Below are positions 1 through 9,586 of a DNA stretch of 42,561 nucleotides, piece after piece (position 1 is the first letter of the stretch; the number at the start of each line of letters is the position of its first letter). The stretch covers positions 1 to 42,561 of the forward strand of contig NIVC01002562.1 in assembly GCA_002269645.1 (NCBI GenBank), read 5' to 3'. Source of the stretch: Macrostomum lignano. Taxonomy: Eukaryota. Position numbers and translations under genes: made by a program. The notes beneath the pieces were generated by a model. The model did not search any database and was not told the origin of the DNA. It saw nothing but the letters and a program-made list of their open reading frames with translations.

Positions 1-226
1 ATTTTATTATCATTGAAAGTTGCTAAGCGCTTGTTTGTAACTCAAAATCATGCTTCTCTTGTTGTGTTCAAATCTTGTTTTGTCGGGTAAATTCGTAGTT
101 TTGCATCTCTGTATCAGTCTTTACATATTTTTGTGTTTTTTAGCAAAATATATTGCACCTTTGTTTTGAAATTGGTTGTTTGTGTTTGATAATTGCCACT
201 TGTAAGGGTGTTCTGATTTAGAGCGG

Positions 227-795
227 GTGATTGAGGGGAATTCTGGCTCATCTCACAGGTTATTGAGGGGAATTCTGGCTAATCTCACAGGTGATTGAGG
301 GGAATTCTGGCTCATCTCACAGGTGATTGAGGGGAATTCTGGCTCATCTCACAGGTGATTGAGGGGAATTCTGGCTCATCTCACAGGTGATTGAGGGGAA
401 TTCTGGCTCATCTCACAGGTGATTGAGGGGAATTCTGGCTAATCTCACAGGTGATTGAGGGGAATTCTGGCTCATCTCACAGGTGATTGAGGGGAATTCT
501 GGCTCATCTCACAGGTGATTGAGGGGAATTCTGGCTCATCTCACAGGTGATTGAGGGGAATTCTGGCTCATCTCACAGGTGATTGAGGGGAATTCTGGCT
601 CATCTCACAGGTGATTAAGGGGAATTCTGGCTCATCTCACAGGTGATTAAGGGGAATTCTGGCTCATCTCACAGGTGATTAAGGGGAATTCTGACTCATC
701 TCACAGGTGATTGAGGGGAATTCTGGCTCATCTCACATGTGATTGAGGGGAATTCTGGCTCATCTCACATGTGATTAAGGGGAATTCTGACTCAC
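227..795. repeat. Minisatellite, 32-bp unit GTGATTGAGGGGAATTCTGGCTCATCTCACAG, about 17-18 near-identical copies
   Basis: Unit starts recur at 227, 259, 291, 323 and onward; no unique spacers. Confidence 0.97.
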
Positions 796-846
796 TGTTT
801 TGTAAAACGGAAATTTCACACGATAATTTTCTAACAAATGTTTCAG

Positions 847-1476
847 CCCAGTTTTGCATGCAGTGCGGCGGCGCCAGCACCCGCGCCGATCTGTGCGCCC
901 GTCTCGGCGCCAGTGTGAGCGACGTCGATGAAGCCGAAGGCGGCGGCGGCTTCAGCGACCCCCAGCCGGTTCACCGCCATCACCGGCATCACCGGCACCA
1001 CCAACACCGGCACTCTTCGTCTCCGGGTCCCAGCAACCGGAGAACTCTCAGCCGCCCCCATCATCATCAGAATGAGCAGTCGGGCTCGCCAGCTCGGCCC
1101 CGACTGTCCAGCGCCGGTTCCAGAAACCCAGCAGCCGGTGCAGCAGCTGCGAGCCCAGGAGGCTCCGTCGACCGCCTCGGCCAGGGAGCTAGCCCACGAG
1201 CAGCTGTTCAGCGCCAACCTCAGCGTCGCCTGCGCCTGGGACAACTTGTCGCTCTCGTCATCATCGGAGTCCTCAGATCCGCAGCCGGCGTCTCCGTCTA
1301 GCAGGAAGCGGAAGCTGTCCTCTCCGCTGTTTGTTGCCTGCGATTTGAATGCCGCCGCTGCCGCCGCCGCCTCCGCCGCAGTTGCCACCTCGGGGACAAC
1401 TGGCGCAGCCGATAAGCAGTGCTTCAGCCCCTCTCTGCAAAGCCCACTGACTCCGCCAGCGGCTAAGCGTCCCTGC

Positions 1477-1510
<34 letters not shown>

Positions 1511-1784
1511 CCGGCTCCGATCGGTCTGCTGGCAGCTCCCCCGTGTCCGCCTGCGGCTCTGGCGGCGGCGGCGGCGGCTGGTCACCGCTGCGCTGCTCCG
1601 ATCGCGACGGAGCCTCAGCGGCCTCGTGACGCCTGTTCGGCGTCGAACCTTCTCTGTGGCCTTCGCCGCGTCCGTATTGCAGAGGCCTTCACCCCCGCCT
1701 CCTGAAGCAGTCGCTGCTGCTTCTGCCGGCGATGCAGTCACAGATGGAAGTGCAGCCGGCAGCAGGAGAGACTCCCTGCTGTGA
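847..1784 (+). CDS. Probable terminal coding exon of a low-complexity Ser/Pro/Ala/Gln/His-rich protein, apparently with two frame switches; product unidentified
   Basis: Acceptor TTTCAG ends at 846. GC3-rich codons lie in frame 3 over about 849-1130 (QFCMQCGGASTRADLC...HRHHRHH). They move to frame 1 over about 1130-1605 (RELAHEQLFS...SRKRKLSSP...poly-Q...GGGGGGWSP) and return to frame 3 over about 1608-1784 (RSLSGLVTPVRRRTFS...RRDSLL stop). No family securely recognised. Confidence 0.45.
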
Positions 1785-1815
1785 GAGTGACAGCAGCTGC
1801 CATGGCAATGTCTGA

Positions 1816-1849
<34 letters not shown>

Positions 1850-2010
1850 TTGTCTGTTTGTCTGTTTGTCTGTCTGTCTGTCTGTCTGCCTGCCTGTCTG
1901 TCTGTCTGTTTGTCTGTCTGTTTGTCTGTTTGTTTGTTTGTCTGTCTGTCTGTCTGTCTGTCTGCCTGCCTGTCTGTTTGTCTGTCTGTTTGTTTGTCTG
2001 TCTGTCTGTT

Positions 2011-2051
<41 letters not shown>

Positions 2052-2131
2052 GCCAGCCTGCCTGCCTGTCCGTCTGTTTGTCTGTCTCTCTGTCTGTCTG
2101 TCTGTCTGTGTCTGTCCGCCTGCCTGTCTGT
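1816..2131. repeat. (CTGT)n/(GACA)n microsatellite with CTGC and TTGT variants
   Basis: Direct inspection; accounts for the SVCL and TDRQ ORFs. Confidence 0.97.
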
Positions 2132-2623
2132 TGGCTCCTGCCTACTACTGGCGGTCTTTCTGTTCAATATCACTATTCGCCATTCAGTGATAGAGCCGAG
2201 CGAGCTGTAGACGCAGTGCTGCTTATAAATCTTGTAAATCATTTTAAGAGAGTCTGTTTGTGAGTATTGCGCGTCTGTCTTTTTATTCTCCTTCTTTACC
2301 ATCTCCCCCGCGATGTTGACCTGCGGTAATATTAATTGTTTGAGGCGATAACTGCTGCGCTGATTATTTTGACACCTTTGCGCAAATTTGTTTATTTTGC
2401 ACTAATATGGACTTTTTGAGTTTGTAGGAATTTTGTTAGCTTTCTGTTTGCCCAATGCTAGCCTTTGTCACGTTTATTTGTCTCAATTTCTAATGGACTA
2501 TTAGATTTTGCCGTTATTTATTATTATTACAGGATCCGTATTTAGCTGTGCAATCAAATGCCTATATTAATAACCTCACCTTGGGCAGGTAGTACTTTAG
2601 TGTGTCATTTGTTCCGGATATAT

Positions 2624-3694
2624 AGCACACCTGAATTCCCTGCTGTCAGATATCAGCACACCTGGAATTCCCTGCTGTCAGATATCAGCACACCTGAATT
2701 CCCTGCTGTCAGATATCAGCACACCTGGAATTCCCTGCTGTCAGATATCAGCACACCTGGAATTCCCTGCTGTCAGATATCAGCACACCTGGAATTCCCT
2801 GCTGTCAGATATCAGCACACCTGGAATTCTTTGCTGTCAGATATCAGCACACCTGAATTCCCTGCTGTCAGATATCAGCACACCTGGAATTCTTTGCTGT
2901 CAGATATCAGCACACCTGGAATTCCCTGCTGTCAGATATCAGCACACCTGGAATTCCCTGCTGTCAGATATCAGCACACCTGGAATTCCCTGCTGTCAGA
3001 TATCAGCACACCTGGAATTCTTTGCTGTCAGATATCAGCACACCTGAATTCCCTGCTGTCAGATATCAGCACACCTGGAATTCTTTGCTGTCAGATATCA
3101 GCACACCTGGAATTCTTTGCTGTCAGATATCAGCACACCTGGAATTCCCTGCTGTCAGATATCAGCACACCTGGAATTCCCTGCTGTCAGATATCAGCAC
3201 ACCTGGAATTCTTTGCTGTCAGATATCAGCACACCTAAATTCCCTGCTGTCAGATATCAGCACACCTGGAATTCTTTGCTGTCAGATATCAGCACACCTG
3301 GAATTCCCTGCTGTCAGATATCAGCACACCTGGAATTCTTTGCTGTCAGATATCAGCACACCTGGAATTCCCTGCTGTCAGATATCAGCACACCTGGAAT
3401 TCTTTGCTGTCAGATATCAGCACACCTAAATTCCCTGCTGTCAGATATCAGCACACCTGGAATTCTTTGCTGTCAGATATCAGCACACCTGGAATTCTTT
3501 GCCGTCAGATATCAGCACACCTGGAATTCTTTGCCGTCAGATATCAGCACACCTGGAATTCCCTGCTGTCAGATATCAGCACACCTGGAATTCCCTGCTG
3601 TCAGATATCAGCACACCTAGAATTCCCTGCTGTCAGATATCAGCACACCTGGAATTCCCTGCTGTCAGATATCAGCACACCTGGAATTCCCTGC
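2624..3694. repeat. Minisatellite, 32-bp unit CACACCTGGAATTCCCTGCTGTCAGATATCAG with a 31-bp variant, about 33 copies
   Basis: Unit starts at 2657, 2689 and onward; CCC/TTT variants interspersed. Confidence 0.97.
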
Positions 3695-4178
3695 ATCAAA
3701 TGCTTTTGTTTCCAAAGCATTGACTTTATTTTTAGGTCTAATTTAATAGCCAAAGTTAATAAGTTTAAGTTTACTTAATTTAAATTAATCTCGTTTTTGT
3801 TTTTGCTGGCTGTGTTAGTTATTATTAATATATTAAACTCTTGTTTTTTATATTAACTATTATATAGTCTATACTAAATTATTATCACAACCAATGGCTG
3901 CATGCAGGTAGCAAATGTACATTGTGTGTACATAAATACGTATAATTCATAAAATTAGTGTATGCCCAAGTGTTTGATTTGTACAAAAGTCCTTTATATT
4001 GATATACTCTTATGTAATTTATGTCAGGACATCTGTAGCCATTTATTTACTGTCCTAGCCTGCGAAATATACTAAATTATTCATAATAATGAGTAAGTAA
4101 ATTATGACTTTGTGTTAAATATTTGAGTTAGTGGACAGACTTTGAAAGTTTAAACTTACAGATTCAACCATATGGTTT

Positions 4179-4645
4179 TCACAATAAACCACAATTCACA
4201 CAGTAAACCACAATTCACACAGTAAACCCGAGGATTCACACAATAAACCACAGAATTCACACAATAAACCACAGAATTCACACAATAAACCACAGAATTC
4301 ACAGATAAACCACAGAATTCACACAATAAACCACAGAATTCACACAATAAACCACAGAATTCACACAATAAACCACAGAATTCACACAATAAACCACAGA
4401 ATTCACACAATAAACCACAGAATTCACACAAAAAACCACAGAATTCACACAATAAGCCACAGAATTCACAGATAAACCACAGAATTCACACAATAAACCA
4501 CAGAATTCACACAATAAGCCACAGAATTCACACAATAAGCCACAGAATTCACACAATAAACCACAGAATTCACACAATAAACCACAGAATTCACAGATAA
4601 ACCACAGAATTCACACAATGAACCACAGAATTCACACAATAAACC
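4179..4645. repeat. Minisatellite, 21-bp unit AAACCACAGAATTCACACAAT, about 22 copies
   Basis: Direct inspection; gives the 7-aa CEFCGLL repeat ORFs. Confidence 0.96.
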
Positions 4646-4783
4646 TAAAAAATCACTCACTGAACCACGGACCCCAATTCTTAAACTCCCACAAAGTTTT
4701 TTCTGCGACCCTGGGGCGCTTCTTGAAAAATTTGAGCTCGGAAATTCTCTTCACATCCTGACGCTGATTCCCATGCAATCGCC

Positions 4784-5410
4784 ATGGCACCCAGCAGTCT
4801 CGAGCTGTTCTACTTTCCCATTCGCGGCCGCGGCGACCTGCCCCGCTCGCTGATGATTGACGGCGGCCTGGAGTTCACAGAGGCCCGAATCCCCAAGGGT
4901 GAACAGTGGCTGGCCCGCAAGCCGGATTTCGTGTTCGGCCAGATGCCAGTGCTGCGGGTGGACGGCAGCAGGGACATTGCCCAGTCGCACGCCATCGCTC
5001 GCTACCTGGCCAAGCTGACCAACCCCAGCCTGCTGGGTGACACCATTGATGAGGCCGCCAATGTGGACATGTGGTATTACCAGACTGATGATGTCTACAT
5101 GTCTGTCATTGGGCCCTTCTATCGGGCTTTTGACACCATCGAGCAGCTGTTCAACGACAAGTGGACCAGCTGGATGGCTCCGTTCGAGAAGGCCCTGTCC
5201 TGCAGCGAATACCTGGCTAATGGGAAGCTGAGCCTGGCAGATTATCACCTGTTCGACATTGCCGAGGTGATGCTGCACTTCAAGCCGCAGCTGCTGGAGC
5301 AGACGCCTTGGGTCCGGGCGCACCGCGACCGCATGGCGTCCCGGCCCGGCATTGCAAAGTTCTTGGAGTACGTCAAGGGACTGCCGTTTACCAACTCGGG
5401 CCACCTGTAG
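4784..5410 (+). CDS. gst: Glutathione S-transferase, Pi/Sigma-like cytosolic class, 208 aa, intronless (copy 1)
   Basis: N-terminal YFPIRGR with catalytic Tyr, FGQMP, QSHAIARYLA, C-terminal SLADYHLFD and RPGIAKFL motifs; typical GST length. Confidence 0.93.
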   Translation: MAPSSLELFYFPIRGRGDLPRSLMIDGGLEFTEARIPKGEQWLARKPDFVFGQMPVLRVDGSRDIAQSHAIARYLAKLTNPSLLGDTIDEAANVDMWYYQTDDVYMSVIGPFYRAFDTIEQLFNDKWTSWMAPFEKALSCSEYLANGKLSLADYHLFDIAEVMLHFKPQLLEQTPWVRAHRDRMASRPGIAKFLEYVKGLPFTNSGHL

Positions 5411-5971
5411 GCGTCTGCTGCCGTTGCCGAAGTACATAAAAACATGGCTAAATTTCTGACACCTACAGTTGATTTGGTGGTAGTTTTAGTAGCTCAATAT
5501 AGTTATTTAATGTGTAACTCATCCGGTGTCAAAGACTTAAAAATCAAAGTACATGCCGTTTAGTCGTTAGTGAGAGGCTCGAACTTGAGACTTGAACACC
5601 TTGCACTAGTAGCTTGCTGATGAAACTATGTTTTGCTACAAGCATAGCAACTGATTTTTTCGCAACACCATTTTTAATTGTTAAATTTGCCAATACAATA
5701 ATATGCTTTTTAGTGCAACCGGCCGTGGTTTTGGCTGGTTATTGATTCAGGATTCCAATTTGCAGAGATGTCTTCAATAGAGTTCGCATTTTTTATTATT
5801 TGTTACACTAGTCTACGTCTGGATGCTAAGTCTTATATGGCTTGAGACCTTCCTTTTTGGGCCTTTCCGAAGGCACCGGGGCATGCAGACTGAGATATCA
5901 AGCTGCTCTTGCTGTTTGCATGAGCTTATTTTTGTTGCTGGTGGGTCGGCTTGACGAAGATAATCTGTCGG

Positions 5972-6638
5972 TTTTCCCTCACTCCTCATCTCCCACCCCC
6001 ACCTCACTTCCTCACCCACCTCACCCACCTCATTCCCTCACCCACCTCACTCTCTCACCCACCTCACTCTCTCACTTACCTCACTCCCTCACATCACTCC
6101 CTCACCCACCTCACTCCCTCACCCACCCCACCCACCTCACTCTCTCATCCACCTCACTCCCTCACTTACCTCACTCCCTCACCCACCTTACTCACTCACC
6201 CACCTCACTCCTTCACCCACCTCACTCACTCATCCACCTCACTCCCTCACCCACCTCACTCCCTCACCCACCTCACTCCTTCACCCACCTCACTCACTCA
6301 TCCACCTCACTCTCTCACCCACCTCACTCACTCATCCACCTCACTCACTCATCCACCTCACTCCATCACCCACCTCACTCCCTTACCCACCCCACCCACC
6401 TCACTCTCTCATCCACCTCACTCCCTCACTTACCTCACTCCCTCACCTACCTCACTCCCTCACCCACCTCACTCCCTCACCCACCTTACTCACTCACCCA
6501 CCTCACTCCTTCACCCACCTCACTCACTCATCCACCTCACTCCCTCACCCACCTCACTCACTCACCCACCTCACTCCCTCACCCACCTCACTCACTCACC
6601 CACCTCACTCCTTCACCCACCTCACTCCCCTCCCTATT
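5972..6638. repeat. C/A/T-only degenerate minisatellite (about 17-bp unit CACCTCACTCCCTCACC); no G on the + strand for 667 bp
   Basis: Last G at 5971, next G at 6639. Confidence 0.95.
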
Positions 6639-6807
6639 GATGTGTGGAATAGGATACAAACTTCAGCTCTGCAGCAGCTCTTCACCACTCTGGAGCATGT
6701 AGTGTCACTTTGAATGCCGGGATTTGTGTTTAGAAGCTATTTTTTAAAGCCTTGCGGGTTTTCAAAGGTTATCAAGAGAACTTTAACTAAGAGAATACAC
6801 TCGGAAG

Positions 6808-6909
6808 CATGTTAAAGTTTCCACCCCGAAACCAGGTGCGCCCCAGCTTAGGCTGGAGAGGAGGGAGAGGAGAGTTGATCACTGGTTTTGGGGTGGAAGC
6901 TTTAACCTG
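6808..6909. other. Imperfect inverted repeat: 28-bp arms (25/28 match) with a 46-bp spacer
   Basis: 6808-6835 CATGTTAAAGTTTCCACCCCGAAACCAG versus 6882-6909 CTGGTTTTGGGGTGGAAGCTTTAACCTG. Confidence 0.8.
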
Positions 6910-7116
6910 TTGCTGAGTTTGTAATATGAATACTTGTGCAGTACTAAAGCCCCCCCCCAGTCTTCTCTTATCTCTCGTCTAATCGTTGTTTGATATGCTC
7001 GAATTAAATCTAGCCTCGTGTGCGAGTGAGAGAGAAAGGAACAGTCCAGTTCGCACTATAGAATCGCTCACACGCTAACAACTTTGCGTGCGTGACGGAC
7101 AGCCTGCACAGGCGGC

Positions 7117-7731
7117 ATGGAGCTGGTCTACTTTCCGTCCAGGTGTCGCGGCGACCTGCCCCGGGCGCTGCTTTTCGAAGCCGGCCTGCAGTTTAAGGAG
7201 ACTCGGATTCCCCGGGACCCCAGCTGGCCGGCCCGCAAGTCCGAGTTCGTTTTCGGCCAGCTGCCAGTGATGCGGCTGGACGGCGGCCGCAGGGAGCTCG
7301 CGCACTCGCACGCCATCGCTCGCTACCTGGCCAAGCTGACCAACCCCAGCCTGCTGGGTGACACCATTGATGAGGCCGCCAATGTGGACATGTGGTATTA
7401 CCAGACTGACGATGTGTTCATGTTTGTCATCATTCCGTTCTATGAGACTTCGGCATCGGTTGAGCAGCTGTTCAACGACAAGTGGACCAGCTGGATGGCT
7501 CCGTTCGAGAAGGCCCTGTCCTGCAGCGAATACCTGGCTAATGGGAAGCTGAGCCTGGCAGATTATCACCTGTTCGACATTGCCGAGGTGATGCTGCACT
7601 TCAAGCCGCAGCTGCTGGAGCAGACGCCTCGGGTCCGGGCGCACCGCGACCGCATGGCGGCCCGGCCGGGGGTCGCGAAGCTCTTGGAGTACGTCAAGGG
7701 ACTGCCGTTTACCAACTCGGGAAATTTCTGA
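7117..7731 (+). CDS. gst: Glutathione S-transferase, Pi/Sigma-like, 204 aa, intronless (copy 2, tandem paralogue)
   Basis: YFPSRCR, FGQLP, HSHAIARYLA and SLADYHLFD motifs; long blocks identical to copy 1. Confidence 0.92.
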   Translation: MELVYFPSRCRGDLPRALLFEAGLQFKETRIPRDPSWPARKSEFVFGQLPVMRLDGGRRELAHSHAIARYLAKLTNPSLLGDTIDEAANVDMWYYQTDDVFMFVIIPFYETSASVEQLFNDKWTSWMAPFEKALSCSEYLANGKLSLADYHLFDIAEVMLHFKPQLLEQTPRVRAHRDRMAARPGVAKLLEYVKGLPFTNSGNF

Positions 7732-8533
7732 CAATTATTTTCTTAAATGCTGCTGCACGTTTTTATAAGTACGCGTGTACTCACGATTAAGGTACCAATG
7801 TACTATTGTAAAATACACGTGCACTATTATTAAAGTACAATCGTACTATTCCTAAAGTGCAAGCCTGTTAATGTACACACGTGATAGATATTATCGGGTT
7901 AAAGATTAGTCAGTTTTAACTATTGAATAATCGCACACAACTGACATTAACAATTTAAAGTATGCTGAAGCTCAGAAATGAAAACTGTAAAAGGTGACCT
8001 ATGAATTTATTTAAGCTGCATCATGTAAATCACCTTTACCCGGTAAAGAGAATGCTTATAAAAATGTTACACATGGTAGATGCCTTTGTTCCAATCATTT
8101 TTTCGAATTTAGTTTCAAGCAATACAATTAAGTTACTAGTCGAACTACCAAAGAAAAGAAACAGTAAAAATTAAGCATTAAAAACTTCAGCTACCGAAAC
8201 TGCAGTTGAGAAGCTGAAAAAAAGTGCGATTGTGGCAAAATTACAAACAAAATGACGCGGAAAGTAGACCCGTCATGGACTTAAAGGAAGAAGGACGCTG
8301 AATTCGATTTTCTAAGGAATGAGCTGATATACGTTAAGTTCCAAATATGTAATCCACTTTGCCTGTGCGCCTCGTCTATTCCCCCAGTGTTAAATAAGCG
8401 GAGATAATCAGTAGCGTAACTCCGCTACCATAGACAAAGCAACGCAAAGCAAAGCAACATGGCCAGTGAAGATAACTCATTATCTCCGGCGGAGATAAGG
8501 CGTTATATTCGGGACGCACACGCTGTGGATTAC

Positions 8534-8604
8534 ATACAAAGAATCGCCTGCTACTAGGAGATGAGCCATAGACAGAATCTCCTCGTGTCAGGCGATTCTT
8601 GTAT
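8534..8604. other. 71-nt hairpin-forming inverted repeat
   Basis: ATACAAAGAATCGCCTG-ctact-AGGAGAT pairs with ATCTCCT-cgtgt-CAGGCGATTCTTGTAT around a 14-nt loop. Confidence 0.7.
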
Positions 8605-9285
8605 ATTTCTCCTATCGCTGGTGCATTCAGATGGTCTGGAATGAGATTTTGCCATAGACAAATTCCGTACTATACAGCCTCTAGACTATTTCAAAGAAAA
8701 TCAAGTTTAACGTCATACTGCTGCAGCTGTTAATCCATGCATGAAGTTTCAATTACTATCATAGCGCACCTGCAAGTATTTACTAGTACTTCTAGGCGAA
8801 TCTATTAAAGTACATGCACAGCGAACACCTAAGTTTTGTCTAAAACAAAAACTTCATCGACATCAAACTTTCAATAAAATCAATCTTGTACACGAATAAA
8901 GACGTACACGAATTGTACACGAATTGTTTTTGTACACAAAAACAAGCAAAAATATGACGTGTGAACTATTAAAAGATTAATTCTAATTATCAAGTTATTA
9001 ACTACTTTCTAAAAGCAACTATTGGTAATTTAAACAGAATAGACAGGATTGCGTGTTTCTAATAGAATATACAATTCACTAAAACTACAACTGAAGATTA
9101 AAAATTCCAGGATTTTTTAAAATTCGAAACAGCTGAAAATAGATGAGGATTATGAGCGGCTGGAAACCTACAGTGTATGCACAAGGTACGAGTAATTGTT
9201 TCTGATAAAAAACTACTATTTCTAACAATAGAAAACAATAAAAAAGAGAAGCCGTCTTCACTGAAGTCAGTGCTTGCTTGTAAAG

Positions 9286-9560
9286 GAAACCCACTATTTC
9301 TAAAAATAGAAAAAAATGAAGAACTAGGGGAATCCGTTTTTACTGAAATCAAGGTTTTATTTTATAGGAAAAACACACAGTTTCTAAAAATAGAAAATAA
9401 TAAAAAACTAGGGGAATCCGTTTTTTACCGAAATCTAAGCTTGTTTGTAGGGAAACCCACTATTTCTAAAAATAAAAAAACAATTAAGTATGAGGGGAAT
9501 CCGTCTTTACAGAAATCAAAGCTTGATTTTAGGAGAAACCCCACTGTTTCTAAAAATAGA
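9286..9560. repeat. Degenerate tandem repeat of about 82-85 bp containing GAAACCCACTATTTCTAAAAATAGAAA, about 4 copies
   Basis: Core recurs near 9287, 9370, 9452 and 9535. Confidence 0.7.
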
Positions 9561-9586
9561 AACTCTACAATTACACGCGGATCAAC

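Noticed and set aside
771-846. Start of ORF 771-1301
   Set aside because: It begins at a GTG inside the minisatellite and crosses AT-rich sequence ending at a splice acceptor.
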